NCBI GenBank assembly: GCA_964633885.1
Contig: CAZWKH010000001.1
Coordinates: forward strand, 1 to 28,956
Source: an uncultured bacterium
Lineage (GTDB): Bacteria > Eisenbacteria > RBG-16-71-46 > JABDJR01
Length of the DNA: 28,956 nucleotides
Reading direction: 5' to 3'
The notes under the pieces: generated by a model
Databases searched by the model: none
The model's input: only the letters and a program-made list of their open reading frames with translations
Told to the model about the DNA's origin: nothing
Position numbers and translations under genes: made by a program
Shown: positions 1-9,223 of the stretch, one piece after another
Layout of the letters: every line of letters begins with the position of its first letter
Position numbering within the stretch: the first letter of the stretch is position 1

Positions 1-1
1 C

Positions 2-865
2 GGTGATGACCGGCTTCCCCGCGCGCCGCGCAGCCCGGATCATGCGCTTCTGCAGGATGGGCACCTCTTCCGGGGGGAGCTCCACCCCGAGGTCCCCCCG
101 GGCCACCATGATGCCGTCGGCGCGGTCCAGGATCGCCTCGAGGTGCTCCACCGCCTGCGGCTTCTCGATCTTGGCGATGACCGGGATGTCGGCCTTGTGG
201 CGGCGCAAGGCGCGGCGGAGCGCGTCGATGTCCCCGGGCTCGCGGACGAAGGAGAGGGCGATGTACTCCACGCCCAGCTTCACCCCCGCGGCGATGTCGC
301 GGTGATCCTTGGGCGTGAGGGCGGGGGTGCTGAGCTTGCGCCCGGGGATGTTGATCCCCTTGTGGGCGGTGAGCGGGCCCCCCTCGATCACCCGGCAGGC
401 CACCTCTGTGGCGGTGGTGCCGAGCACGCGGAGCCGGATGAGCCCGTCGTCGAGGAGGATCAGGTCGCCTCGCCGGACATCCCCCGGCAGCCCGCGGTAG
501 GTCACGGGAACCCTGACGGCGGCCGTCGCGCGCGCCGGGGCCTGCCGCGCCTTCGCCGCCGCGCCGCGCGCGGGAGTGATGAGCAGGACCCGCGCCCCGC
601 GCCGGAGCAGGAGAACCCCCGCAATGGCGCCCACCCGGATCCTCGGACCCTGCAGGTCCTGCAGGATGGCCAGGGCGCGACCCTCCTCGCGGGCGATCCG
701 CCGCAGCAGCGCCACCGTCTCCCCATGCTCCTCGGCGGTGCCATGCGAGAAGTTGAGGCGGGCCACATCGAGTCCCGCCCGGATGAGCTTGCGCAGGACG
801 GGCTCTGTGCGCGAAGCGGGTCCTATGGTGGCGACGATCTTGGCCCGGCGGGCGGGTTCCGGCAT
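2..865 (-). CDS. pyk: Pyruvate kinase, 5' part; runs off the left edge of the window
   Basis: Not in the ORF track; translated by hand from ATG at 865: [18 protein letters not shown]...[11 protein letters not shown]...[13 protein letters not shown]...LDDGLI...KGINIPG...[17 protein letters not shown]...[13 protein letters not shown]...KPVIT. These are the canonical pyruvate kinase motifs. GGAGA SD-like sequence lies upstream. Confidence 0.97.
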   Translation of the reverse strand, partial: MPEPARRAKIVATIGPASRTEPVLRKLIRAGLDVARLNFSHGTAEEHGETVALLRRIAREEGRALAILQDLQGPRIRVGAIAGVLLLRRGARVLLITPARGAAAKARQAPARATAAVRVPVTYRGLPGDVRRGDLILLDDGLIRLRVLGTTATEVACRVIEGGPLTAHKGINIPGRKLSTPALTPKDHRDIAAGVKLGVEYIALSFVREPGDIDALRRALRRHKADIPVIAKIEKPQAVEHLEAILDRADGIMVARGDLGVELPPEEVPILQKRMIRAARRAGKPVIT

Positions 866-939
866 GGGCCCATTCTCCCCCAGGCCGGCCGGTTTGGGGA
901 GTGCCGTCGCGCAGGCTCCCCGCCCCCTCGCGGGTCGCG

Positions 940-945
940 TATGCT
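940..945 (+). promoter_or_regulatory. Putative -10 hexamer TATGCT, 6 nt before the ATG at 952 (leaderless-type promoter)
   Basis: Sequence TATGCT-CGGGGC-ATG, with no SD between the hexamer and the start codon. Confidence 0.45.
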
Positions 946-951
946 CGGGGC

Positions 952-2103
952 ATGGTGAAAACCCTGCGCGGCATCCTCATTCCGATCCTGATCGGTTTGT
1001 CCATCCTCGCCGTGGTGGGGCTCCTGGGTTCTGGGCTCATGCTCTATCGCGAAGCCCATGCGGTGCATCCGCTTCTGGGAGTCCTGGTGCTGCTCCTCCT
1101 GGTGGCGGGGATCCTGCTCCTGGTGGTGGTGCCGGTCTCCCTTGTGCTGCGGCTGCCGGGGGCGCTGCGGCGGCCGGACGCGCAGCAGGGGCCGGCCTGG
1201 GACAAGTTCGTCCGCCGCTACGCGAAGCGATTGGCCCGCAACCCGGTGTTGCGGGCGGGATATCCGGAGATCCCCGCCCTCGACGCGGCTCTGCGCGGCA
1301 AGCGCAACGGCGCCGCGATCGAGGGGGCAGCGGCGGGGGCGGTAGCCTTCCTGGACCAGCGCGCCCGGCAGGTGGTGGCCCGCCACGCCGCCGCCGTCTT
1401 CACCGCGACCGCGGTGTCGCAGAGCGGGCGGCTCGACGCGCTGATCGTGCTCTCCGCCCAGCTCCGCCTGGTGAAGGAGATCGCGGAACTCTACTACCAG
1501 CGCCCGCGGCCGCAGGAGCTCTGGGCGCTCTACGCCAATGTGGGCGCCTCGGTGTTCGTGGCCGGAGAGATCCAGGACAGCGAGATCCTCGCCGTCCTGG
1601 GCGCGCCCTTCGTCGCGGGGGTGGGCGGTGTGGTGCCCGGCGCGGCGCCGCTCACCTCGCTCCTGATGACGAGCCTCCTCGACGGCTCGGCCAACGCGTT
1701 CCTCACCCTGCGGGTGGGGGCCCTCGCGCGGCGCTACTGCGGCCTGCGCCTGGAGGGTGGCCGCCGGGAGGTGACGCGGAGCGCGTCCCTGGAGGCGGCC
1801 GGTCTCCTGACCTGCACGGTGGGGGACGGCGCGAAGCGCGTGGCCTCGCTGACGCGGCGGGCGATCGCCGAGGGTGCGGTCCGCGGCACGAAGGTCGTGG
1901 CGCGCGGGGTGGCGGGCTGGGGAACCAGCCTGTTTGGGAAGCTCTCCTCGCTCGCGCAGCAGGCCGGAGCCAAGGCGGTCGAGACCGCCTCGAGCGGCGG
2001 GCGCTATCTCGAGGACAGCCTGCTGTTCTGGGACTCGGTGGCGGAGGCGACCGAGGAGGGGCCGCCCCCGCCTCATCCACTCGGATCCCGAGTCGAAGCC
2101 TAG
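952..2103 (+). CDS. YcjF/DUF697-family membrane protein
   Basis: Two N-terminal hydrophobic helices, then [48 protein letters not shown] and [13 protein letters not shown], typical of DUF697/YcjF. Start placed at ATG 952 rather than the track's 901. Confidence 0.8.
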   Translation: MVKTLRGILIPILIGLSILAVVGLLGSGLMLYREAHAVHPLLGVLVLLLLVAGILLLVVVPVSLVLRLPGALRRPDAQQGPAWDKFVRRYAKRLARNPVLRAGYPEIPALDAALRGKRNGAAIEGAAAGAVAFLDQRARQVVARHAAAVFTATAVSQSGRLDALIVLSAQLRLVKEIAELYYQRPRPQELWALYANVGASVFVAGEIQDSEILAVLGAPFVAGVGGVVPGAAPLTSLLMTSLLDGSANAFLTLRVGALARRYCGLRLEGGRREVTRSASLEAAGLLTCTVGDGAKRVASLTRRAIAEGAVRGTKVVARGVAGWGTSLFGKLSSLAQQAGAKAVETASSGGRYLEDSLLFWDSVAEATEEGPPPPHPLGSRVEA

Positions 2104-3182
2104 TCTGTATCCTCGTGGAGCTTGCGCAGCTCCCGCTTCATCTCGTCCAGCTGCTCGCGCATCTCCTCGAGGTTCTTGTGGAGCTCTTCCTTGAACTTCT
2201 CGAGCTCCTCCTCGTCCAGATGCAGGAGATAGGCGTCCTTGTCGCCTCTCCACCCGATGATCGGGCCGTCCACATCGACCCGGGGTAGCCTGGGGATGGG
2301 CGGGATCTCGGGGATGGTCACATGGACATCGTCGGGGCCGAGGAAGAACATCTCGGCGTCGCCCATGTCGGAGGCCTCGCCAAGCTTCACCGTCACCGTG
2401 GAACGCTCGCCGCGGCGGAGGATCCTCACGGCCACCGCCTCACCGGGTTCCCGGCCGCGCACCGCCTTGCGCAGATCCTCGGGGTCGCCCACCGCCTCGT
2501 CGCCCAGGGCGAGGATGACATCGCCCGCCTGGAGGCCGGCCTCCTCGGCGGGACCGTCGCCGACGACCTCGGTCACCAGCACGCCCTCGCCCTTGGCCAC
2601 GCCGAAGTAGCCTGCGAGCTGCCCCAGCTCCATCGATTGCACGCCGAGGAAGCCGCCCTGCTCCTGCGCCTGGCGCAGGAAGCGGAGCTTGCGCGCCTGG
2701 TCGCGCTTCTCGCCCTCTTTCAGGATCTCCAGCCGGCGCATCTTGCGGTCGCCGCCCGACTCCTGCTCCACCCACTGGAGGCGCTTCTCGCGGTCGAGGG
2801 GGACGATGTCGAGGCCCCGCGACTGGCCATCGCGGTGGATCACGATCAGGGCCTTCTCGCCGGGTTCCAGCTCACGCACCGCGGCGGTGACGGCCTCCAG
2901 ATCGACCGTGCGCCGCCCCGCGACCTCGACGATGACATCGCCGTCCGCGAGGCCCGCCTTCTCGGCCGGACTGTCGTCCAGGACATCGCTCACCAGGGCG
3001 CCCTGCACATGGCGGTCGATGTCCATCGCCGAGCGCAGGTCGTCGCTCAGCTCCTGGAGCCGGACGCCGATCCACGCGCCGCCGGGCCCGGCCAGGGCGG
3101 GAGAGGAGGGAAGGAGCGCGGCGCCGAGGCCCAGAACGAGCAGGCAAGCCGCCAGAAAACGGAACGAGCGAAGGGGAAACAT
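2100..3182 (-). CDS. Exported tandem-PDZ-domain protein with C-terminal coiled coil
   Basis: Signal peptide MFPLRSFRFLAACLLVLGLGAALLPSSPALA. Two PDZ repeats: AWIGVRLQEL...GALVSDVLDDSPAEKAGLADGDVI and GFLGVQSMEL...GVLVTEVVGDGPAEEAGLQAGDVI. AGGAGG SD precedes ATG 3182. No trypsin-like domain. Confidence 0.85.
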   Translation of the reverse strand: MFPLRSFRFLAACLLVLGLGAALLPSSPALAGPGGAWIGVRLQELSDDLRSAMDIDRHVQGALVSDVLDDSPAEKAGLADGDVIVEVAGRRTVDLEAVTAAVRELEPGEKALIVIHRDGQSRGLDIVPLDREKRLQWVEQESGGDRKMRRLEILKEGEKRDQARKLRFLRQAQEQGGFLGVQSMELGQLAGYFGVAKGEGVLVTEVVGDGPAEEAGLQAGDVILALGDEAVGDPEDLRKAVRGREPGEAVAVRILRRGERSTVTVKLGEASDMGDAEMFFLGPDDVHVTIPEIPPIPRLPRVDVDGPIIGWRGDKDAYLLHLDEEELEKFKEELHKNLEEMREQLDEMKRELRKLHEDTD

Positions 3183-3282
3183 GGTGTCCTCCTGGTTTGA
3201 CATGTCGCACCGGGTGGACGAGGGGGGGTGGAAGTACCTCAGAGTCTACAGGAGACGCGTACCCGCCCGGGCAAGAATTATT

Positions 3283-3675
3283 TCAGCATGCCCGCAGGAA
3301 GGCGATCAGGACGAGCAGGACCAAGAGGGCCCCCACACCCAGGAGCACGCGGCCGAGGCGGCTTCCGGGCTCCAGGCGGGGCCTGCCCGACACCGGAAAG
3401 GCTTCCCGCACCGCGTCCCCGAAGGCCCCCAGCCCCCGGGGAGCCGGCTCGACCGCCCCGGTGAAGCCGGCTTCCTGGAGCACCTCGAGGGCCTCCTCGA
3501 CATAGTCCTCCGGCACCGCGACCCGGGTGGTCTGCATCATGCCGAAGATCCCGGTGGAGAGGCTGGGCAGGTGCACCACCGGCACCGAGTCCGCGGCGAG
3601 GGCGTCGCGGGCCATCTGCGCCTCGAACTCGTTCTTGCCATGGAAGACCACGACCGGGCGCATGGACTCAGTCAT
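3283..3675 (-). CDS. DUF2007-like small protein with C-terminal TM helix
   Basis: MTESMRPVVVFHGKNEFEAQMARDALAADSVPVV...RVAVPEDYVEEALEVL resembles DUF2007 (PII-like fold). The start overlaps the stop of the upstream gene. The upstream part of track ORF 3283..3921 is a shadow of the next gene. Confidence 0.7.
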   Translation of the reverse strand: MTESMRPVVVFHGKNEFEAQMARDALAADSVPVVHLPSLSTGIFGMMQTTRVAVPEDYVEEALEVLQEAGFTGAVEPAPRGLGAFGDAVREAFPVSGRPRLEPGSRLGRVLLGVGALLVLLVLIAFLRAC

Positions 3676-4156
3676 GGTCGGCCCGGGCTTCGGATTCGCC
3701 GGGCAGGATGGCGGCCGGCGCGCCGGCCAGCTCGGGCCGGTGGATCCTGCCGCCATGATGCGCGGTCCAGGCCATGACCGCCGCCAGGGCCAGCATGAAG
3801 AGAAGGCTCGGCAGGAGGGTCGTGCGCCGCGCGGGATGGCGCCGGCCCAGATAGAGGCCGCCCAGCCCCACCAGGCCGGTCGCGATGCCCAGCCACAGGG
3901 CCCGCTCCGCGGCTTCCTCATGGTGCTCGATGGATGCCTCCACGATCCCGGGAAGATGCTCGACGATCTCCTCGGCGGGCTCCCCGGTGACGAAGGCGAC
4001 CACCGACGCGACGCCCACCAGCACGGTGAAGGCCAGAGCCACGCGGTTCAGCGCCCTCGCCGGCCAGAGCCATGCCGCGGCCAGCAGCAGCAACGCGCCG
4101 ATCGACCCGACCACCGGCAAGTGATTGGCCAGAAGATGGAGCTGTTGTCCGTTCAT
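3668..4156 (-). CDS. DUF2231-like four-TM membrane protein
   Basis: MNGQQLHLLANHLPVVG...TGEPAEEIVEHLPG...IEHHEEAAE...TAHHGGRIHRPE, with four hydrophobic segments. GGAGG SD upstream. Confidence 0.7.
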   Translation of the reverse strand: MNGQQLHLLANHLPVVGSIGALLLLAAAWLWPARALNRVALAFTVLVGVASVVAFVTGEPAEEIVEHLPGIVEASIEHHEEAAERALWLGIATGLVGLGGLYLGRRHPARRTTLLPSLLFMLALAAVMAWTAHHGGRIHRPELAGAPAAILPGESEARADHD

Positions 4157-4184
4157 GGGTTCCGCCTCCGGTCCGTGAAGGTCC

Positions 4185-6716
4185 TCACCGCTTGAGCACC
4201 ATGCGCCGTGCCAGGGTGATGTCGCCCGCGGTCAGGCGGCAGAAGTAGATGCCGGCCGCGGCCGGACGACCCTCCGCGTCCCTTCCGTCCCAGTCCACCG
4301 CATGGGAGCCCTCGCCGAGCGGCCCATCGACGAGGGTGGCCACCCGTCGGCCGGTCACATCCAGCACCTCGATGCGCACATCCCGCTCGCGGTCCAGGAG
4401 GAACCGCAGGCGGGTGCTCGCGGCGAAGGGGTTGGGGGAGTTCTGCCAGAGCCGCGGGGTGGCGGAGGGGGTCTCGAGCCGCACCGGCCCCAGGATCTCC
4501 CGGCTGCCGTCCGTCCGTCGGGCCAGGACCCGATACCAGGGCTCGTCCAGATCCGGACTCTCGTCCACCCAGAGGAACTCCGTCCCTCCCGAGAGCGCCT
4601 CGCTCACGGGGTGGAAGCCCGTCTCCGCGCCGGCGCCGCGCTCCACGGTGAACCGCGCTCCGGGCTCCGTCTCGGCGAGGATCCAGCGCAGGGTGGCCGC
4701 CCCCTCCTCCCAGACCACCTGCATGGCGAGGAGCCGCACCGGGGTCGGGGCGTCGATGGCGGCCAGGGCGTTCACCTTTCCGTAGCCGAAGTTGAAGTTG
4801 GGCACCGCTCCGGTCCAGGAGTCGGTTCGAGCCGAGTTCTGCAGCCGCGCCAGCACCTGCCGGCGCGCGTCGGTGGGATGCTTTTCGAGGATGAGCGCGG
4901 CCACCCCCGCGATGTGCGGCGCGGAGAGGCTCGTGCCCTGGCTCGCCACATGGTAGCCGTCCGGCGTGACGGCGCAGCTCACATTGCCGTAGAAGGAGGG
5001 ATCCCCGGTGGAGGACCAGGACGAGGCGATGGCCATGCCGGGAGCGGCGATCTCGGGCTTGAGGGCGTTGTCGCGCCGCGGCCCCAGGCTCGAGAAGGAG
5101 GCGAGGCTCCCCAGGGCCGGCGCCGGCTGGTAGCCGCAGGTGGTGCCCGTCCCCGTCGGCCAGCTGGTCTTGGTGACATAGGCGGCCACAGCGATCATGG
5201 AGTCCGAGGTGGCCGGGCTCCCCACCGTCTTGGCCGGGCTCTCGTAGGTGGACCAGTGGGTCCCGGCTCCCGCCGCGCCCAGCGCGTCGTAGGGGATCCA
5301 GAAGTCGATCGGGGTGGCGGTGGAGGCCAGGTTGTTCACCCGCACCGACCAGGTCCCCTCGTAGGGCGGGTAGGTCGCGTTGGCGTCCCAGAGATCGATC
5401 TCGCAGGTGTTGTCGTCGTTCTGGTCCGCCTTCCAGGAGCCGACATAGATGGTGCCGTCGTTGGTCTGCTTGGTGGCTTCCTGGTTGAGCCCGATCACAT
5501 TGGACGCGTAGCCCCGCGGCGAGGTGACCTGGAAGGAGAGGTTCCGGTTGCCCGCGTACCAGGCCTCCATGATGAGCACATCCTGCTGATCGACCGTGGT
5601 GTTGCCGGCCTTGGCGGTGTAGTCCCCGATGGTGAACTGGAGGACCAGGTAGCTGTTGCCCGGCACGACGGCCTCGGCGTGGAGCCCCGCATCCGCCTCG
5701 TTCCCCGCGGCGGCCACCAGGATCCGGCCCGGTCCGGACAGAGAGTTGAAGGCGAGGTCGAAGGCGTCCGTGCCGTCGTGAGATCCGAACTGGGAGCCCA
5801 GGGAGAGGTTCACCACGCAGGGCCGTCCCATGGCCGTGGCCTTCTGCCGGACCCAGCCCACCGCGTCCAGGACATGGGCCTCGGTGTAGTCGGTCTTGAC
5901 CACCACGAGATCGGCGTCCGGGGCGACCCCGACATAGCTGTAGACGGGAACGATGCCGCTGGTGGCGCGGCCGTTGCCGGCGGCGATTCCCGCCACATGG
6001 GTGCCGTGGCCGTAGGTGTCGCGCTGGCGTGCCGTGCCCGCGTCGATGGCGGCGGAGCCCCAGACCGTCCCGTAGGTGTAGCCCGAACCCGGAGCCGGGC
6101 CGAGCAAGTCCGTCTGATCCCAGATCCACTCCACCCGGGAGGAGCCGTCGTCGTTGCGGAAGTCGGGATGGGCGATGTCGATGCCGGTGTCCACCACCCC
6201 CATGACCACATTGCGCCCGGTCGCGCCGGTGACGGGATAGGGTGGTTGGGTGGCGCCATGGGCGGCCACGGCCGAGATCTCGGGAAGGCTCGTGTCGAGG
6301 AGCCGACGGAGCGGACGCGAGAGCTCGGCGGCGCGCAGCCCCGGCACCCTCTCCAGCTCGCGGAGCCGCGAGAGGGGGACCTCGGCGGTGACGACCGGCC
6401 CCGACTCGGTGACGATGGTGAACCCCGCGGCTCGCAGGGCCTGGGCGTCGTCGGTGACGAGGAGCAGCGACAGGCGCGGTTCCTCTCCCGCGGCGGGGAG
6501 AAGACCGTCGGGTCCTCGGTTCGCCACGGCGGACAGCGTGAGCGGGGGAAGCGCCGGGGCCTCTGCGCTTCCCGCCCCGCGCAAGGCCTGCTCCGCGCGC
6601 AGTAGACGCGGGGAGAGAACTCCGGCGTTGGCCGGCTCCGCGAGGACCGCGAGGGCCTGGGCGATGAAGAGGGCCAGGGCGAGGGCGGCGGGGGCCGCGA
6701 TGCGGCGTCGATTCAC
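4185..6716 (-). CDS. Secreted S8 (subtilisin-like) serine peptidase with prodomain, insertion in the catalytic domain and C-terminal FlgD-Ig/T9SS-like sorting domain
   Basis: Catalytic triad motifs VVDTGID, GHGTHVAGIAAG and GTSLSAPHIAG, and oxyanion motif AAAGNE. C-terminus QNSPNPF...IEVLDVTGRRVATL...WDGRDAEG...AGIYFCRL. GTG start at 6716 follows GGAGG and precedes a signal peptide. Confidence 0.92.
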   Translation of the reverse strand: MNRRRIAAPAALALALFIAQALAVLAEPANAGVLSPRLLRAEQALRGAGSAEAPALPPLTLSAVANRGPDGLLPAAGEEPRLSLLLVTDDAQALRAAGFTIVTESGPVVTAEVPLSRLRELERVPGLRAAELSRPLRRLLDTSLPEISAVAAHGATQPPYPVTGATGRNVVMGVVDTGIDIAHPDFRNDDGSSRVEWIWDQTDLLGPAPGSGYTYGTVWGSAAIDAGTARQRDTYGHGTHVAGIAAGNGRATSGIVPVYSYVGVAPDADLVVVKTDYTEAHVLDAVGWVRQKATAMGRPCVVNLSLGSQFGSHDGTDAFDLAFNSLSGPGRILVAAAGNEADAGLHAEAVVPGNSYLVLQFTIGDYTAKAGNTTVDQQDVLIMEAWYAGNRNLSFQVTSPRGYASNVIGLNQEATKQTNDGTIYVGSWKADQNDDNTCEIDLWDANATYPPYEGTWSVRVNNLASTATPIDFWIPYDALGAAGAGTHWSTYESPAKTVGSPATSDSMIAVAAYVTKTSWPTGTGTTCGYQPAPALGSLASFSSLGPRRDNALKPEIAAPGMAIASSWSSTGDPSFYGNVSCAVTPDGYHVASQGTSLSAPHIAGVAALILEKHPTDARRQVLARLQNSARTDSWTGAVPNFNFGYGKVNALAAIDAPTPVRLLAMQVVWEEGAATLRWILAETEPGARFTVERGAGAETGFHPVSEALSGGTEFLWVDESPDLDEPWYRVLARRTDGSREILGPVRLETPSATPRLWQNSPNPFAASTRLRFLLDRERDVRIEVLDVTGRRVATLVDGPLGEGSHAVDWDGRDAEGRPAAAGIYFCRLTAGDITLARRMVLKR

Positions 6717-6748
6717 AGAAGCACCTCCGGCGGAAGAACCGCGGACAT

Positions 6749-8008
6749 TCAATCTCGGGTCATGAGCTGGCACGACACGCTGGACCCCGCGGCGATCGTG
6801 CCCGCGTCGGCGGGGAGAATAGCGTACCCGTTGGCTCGAGCCATGCTGCTGAGAATACCCGAACCCTGGGGGCCGGTGGGGGACGCGATCCATCCCCCTT
6901 CGCGGGATTCCAGGTGGACGCGCACGAACTCCACCCTGCCGGGCGCGCCGCGCAGGGGTTCGGCGAGCCGCGCCGGGAAGATGGGGCGGAAGAGATCGCG
7001 GCGGCCGGCCATCCGCTTGAGGGCGGGCAGGACGAACTGGTCGAAGACCACCAGCGAGGACACGGCGTTGCCGGGCAGTCCGAACACCGGCACCCCGCGC
7101 AGGGTGCCGAAGAGCTGCGGCTTGCCCGGCTTGACGGCGACTCCGTAGGCATCCACCTCTCCGAGCCGCGCGAGCACGCGGCGGGTGACATCAAAGTCGC
7201 CCACGCTCACCCCGCCGCTGGTCAGGAGGAAGTCGACCCGGGTCACGCCGTCCAGCAGCCGCGCCGAGATCTCCTCATCGTCGTCGCGCACCGCGCCCAG
7301 GTCCACCCCCACGAATCCCTGGTCGGCGATCGCGGCGAGGAGCCCGGGGCGGTTGGAGTCGCGGATCTGTCCCGGGCCCAGCGGCGCCATGGTCGTGACC
7401 AGCTCGTCGCCGGTGGAGAGCACGCCGACCCGGGGGAGCGGGTGCACCCGCACGGCGAACACTCCGGCCGAGAGGAGGAGCGCGATCTGCGCGGGGCCGA
7501 GCCGGTCTCCCCGCGCGAGGGCCTGGGCACCGGCGGTGAGGCTCTCCCCGACGCGGCGCAGGTTCTCGCCCGGCGCCACGGGGCGCAGCACCCGCACCCG
7601 CGCGGGATCGATGGAGTCCGCACGGGAGGCGCGGCGCTCCGGATCCCACAGGTCGGTGAGCTCCACCGGCACCACGGCGTCCGCCCCGGGGGGAAAGGGG
7701 GCTCCGGTCATGATGCGGGCGGCCTCGGCGGGGCCCACCGAAGGGGTCTCCCGCGCTCCGGCGGCGATGGTGGCGGTCACGCGCAGCTCCACCGGAGAGG
7801 AGGGCGTGGTCCCGGCCACATCGGCGGCGCGCACCGCGAACCCGTCCATGGCCGAGTTGTCGAAGGGAGGCATGGACTCGCGGGCGGGAACATCCTCGGC
7901 AAGGGTGTAGCCGCGGGACTCCAGCACATCCCGCGTCACGGCCGCGAGAGGGCGGACCCCATCGAGGACCCGCGAGCGCGCGATGCGCCAGTCGAGGAGC
8001 CGGCTCAC
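6749..8008 (-). CDS. moeA: Molybdopterin molybdotransferase MoeA
   Basis: PPFDNSAMDGFAV, RIMTGAPFPPGADAVVPVE, STGDEL, IRDSN, TSGGVSVGDFD, KPGKP, LPGNAVS and GSGILSSMARAN motifs. Confidence 0.96.
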   Translation of the reverse strand: MSRLLDWRIARSRVLDGVRPLAAVTRDVLESRGYTLAEDVPARESMPPFDNSAMDGFAVRAADVAGTTPSSPVELRVTATIAAGARETPSVGPAEAARIMTGAPFPPGADAVVPVELTDLWDPERRASRADSIDPARVRVLRPVAPGENLRRVGESLTAGAQALARGDRLGPAQIALLLSAGVFAVRVHPLPRVGVLSTGDELVTTMAPLGPGQIRDSNRPGLLAAIADQGFVGVDLGAVRDDDEEISARLLDGVTRVDFLLTSGGVSVGDFDVTRRVLARLGEVDAYGVAVKPGKPQLFGTLRGVPVFGLPGNAVSSLVVFDQFVLPALKRMAGRRDLFRPIFPARLAEPLRGAPGRVEFVRVHLESREGGWIASPTGPQGSGILSSMARANGYAILPADAGTIAAGSSVSCQLMTRD

Positions 8009-8015
8009 CGTCTGC

Positions 8016-8591
8016 TCACCCCTTGCCGCCGGAGGGCCTGGTCGTGTCGTCCGGTGCGGCCGGCCATGCCGGATGCCCGGGGTCCTCGCCGCGCAGGAGG
8101 CGGACCGCGTGGGGGAGCAGGGGGATCAGGATGTCCAGGCACTGTGCGACCCCGCGCGGGCTTCCGGGAAGGTTCACGATCAGGGTGCGGCCATGGATGC
8201 CCGCCACCCCGCGTCCGAGCGGCGCGAAGCGCGCCACCCGCGCGGTCTCGCGGCGCAGGTGCTCGGCGAGCCCCGGCGCTTCGCGCTCGAGGACATCGCG
8301 GGTCGCTTCCGGCGTCACATCCCGCTCCGCGAAGCCGGTGCCGCCGCTGGTGACGATGAGCTCCGCGCCGCGGCCGGCAAGAGCGCGCAGTCGCTCGGCT
8401 ATGGCGGGGCGGTCGTCGGGCGCCGTCTCCAGGGCAAGGATCTCCGCCCCCGCCGCGGCGAGAAGCCGTTGTGCCTCCGGGCCGCTCAGATCTTCCCGCT
8501 CGCCCCTGCTCACGCGGTCCGAGACCACCAGCACCGCGGCGCGGACCGGCGCCGGGCCGGCGGGGTTCCGCGGTGAGCCGGCAGGGGTCAC
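8016..8591 (-). CDS. mog: MogA/MoaB-family molybdopterin adenylyltransferase
   Basis: VLVVSDRVSRGEREDLSGP, TSGGTGFAERDVTPEAT and VNLPGSPRGV motifs. GTGA overlap with the moaC stop. Confidence 0.92.
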   Translation of the reverse strand: MTPAGSPRNPAGPAPVRAAVLVVSDRVSRGEREDLSGPEAQRLLAAAGAEILALETAPDDRPAIAERLRALAGRGAELIVTSGGTGFAERDVTPEATRDVLEREAPGLAEHLRRETARVARFAPLGRGVAGIHGRTLIVNLPGSPRGVAQCLDILIPLLPHAVRLLRGEDPGHPAWPAAPDDTTRPSGGKG

Positions 8592-9094
8592 CGCGAGGCC
8601 TCGGCGGGGTCCACAAAACCCTCGCGCACCCAGCGCCCGCTCTTCCCGCCCTCTTTCAGCTCCAGGCGGACCAGCTCGACATGGGCGTCGCGGTCCACTC
8701 CCTTGACCATGTCGATCAGCGCGAGAGCCGCCACCGAGGCCGCGGTGAGCGCCTCCATCTCCACGCCGGTGGCCGCGCGGGTGCGCGCCTCGGCCAGGAT
8801 GCGCACCGCCTGCTGCTGCGGCATGGGCAGCACCTCCACGGAGATATGATCGAGGGGAAGGGGATGGCAGAGGGGGATGAGTTGCGGGGTGAGCTTGGCG
8901 CCGCCGATGCCGGCGAGACGGGCCACGGCGAGAGCGTCTCCCTTGGGCAGATCGCCATGGGCGATGAGGGCGAGGGTTTCCGGGCGCAGATGCACCCAGG
9001 CGGAGGCGATGGCGCGACGGGAGGTGACGGCCTTGTGGCCCACATCCACCATGCGCGCCTTGCCCTGCCGGTCGAGATGGGGTAGCTCTGTCAT
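8588..9094 (-). CDS. moaC: Cyclic pyranopterin monophosphate synthase MoaC
   Basis: HLDRQGKARMVDVGHK, LIPLCHPLPLD, TGVEMEALTAASVAALALIDMVK and KEGGKSG motifs. Confidence 0.97.
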   Translation of the reverse strand: MTELPHLDRQGKARMVDVGHKAVTSRRAIASAWVHLRPETLALIAHGDLPKGDALAVARLAGIGGAKLTPQLIPLCHPLPLDHISVEVLPMPQQQAVRILAEARTRAATGVEMEALTAASVAALALIDMVKGVDRDAHVELVRLELKEGGKSGRWVREGFVDPAEASR

Positions 9095-9182
9095 GTTGTG
9101 GTACCGGACGCCGCCGCTCGCCCTAACTCCTTGGCGAAAGCCTAATTGACGCCGGGGGGGGAATCAAGCCGGGGGCTTGCGG

Positions 9183-9188
9183 TACACT
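9183..9188 (+). promoter_or_regulatory. Putative -10 element TACACT upstream of dsbD
   Basis: TACACT lies 35 nt upstream of ATG 9224 in the divergent intergenic region. No convincing -35 at 17 bp. Confidence 0.35.
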
Positions 9189-9223
9189 GAGCGCCCTTTG
9201 CCCAACCCACGGGAACTCCGAGC

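Noticed and set aside
3250-3290. Cys-TGA at the end of the DUF2007-like gene as a second Sec candidate
   Set aside because: It follows the terminal TM helix, the readthrough shows no recognisable motif, and I see no SECIS-like hairpin. It is treated as a normal stop.
4302-6605. Long alternative-frame and antisense ORFs (e.g. 4302..6605 +, 4153..6129 -, 9164..10897 -, 13956..15845 +, 21612..23213 -, 23585..25117 -, 25069..26667 -)
   Set aside because: They are shadows of well-supported genes. High GC removes stop codons, and the translations are Arg/Gly/Pro-rich with no family motifs.
9165-9179. Short inverted repeat CAAGCC-GGG-GGCTTG next to the dsbD -10 box
   Set aside because: Only 6 bp arms in GC-rich DNA and no second copy in the window, so it cannot be distinguished from chance.
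9095-9223. Possible Moco riboswitch upstream of moaC (AACTCCGAGC at about 9213-9222 resembles the 5' end of the motif as I recall it)
   Set aside because: It is on the wrong strand for moaC, runs straight into the dsbD start, and I see no matching 3' GCCUCCC-type element. An Rfam covariance search would settle it.
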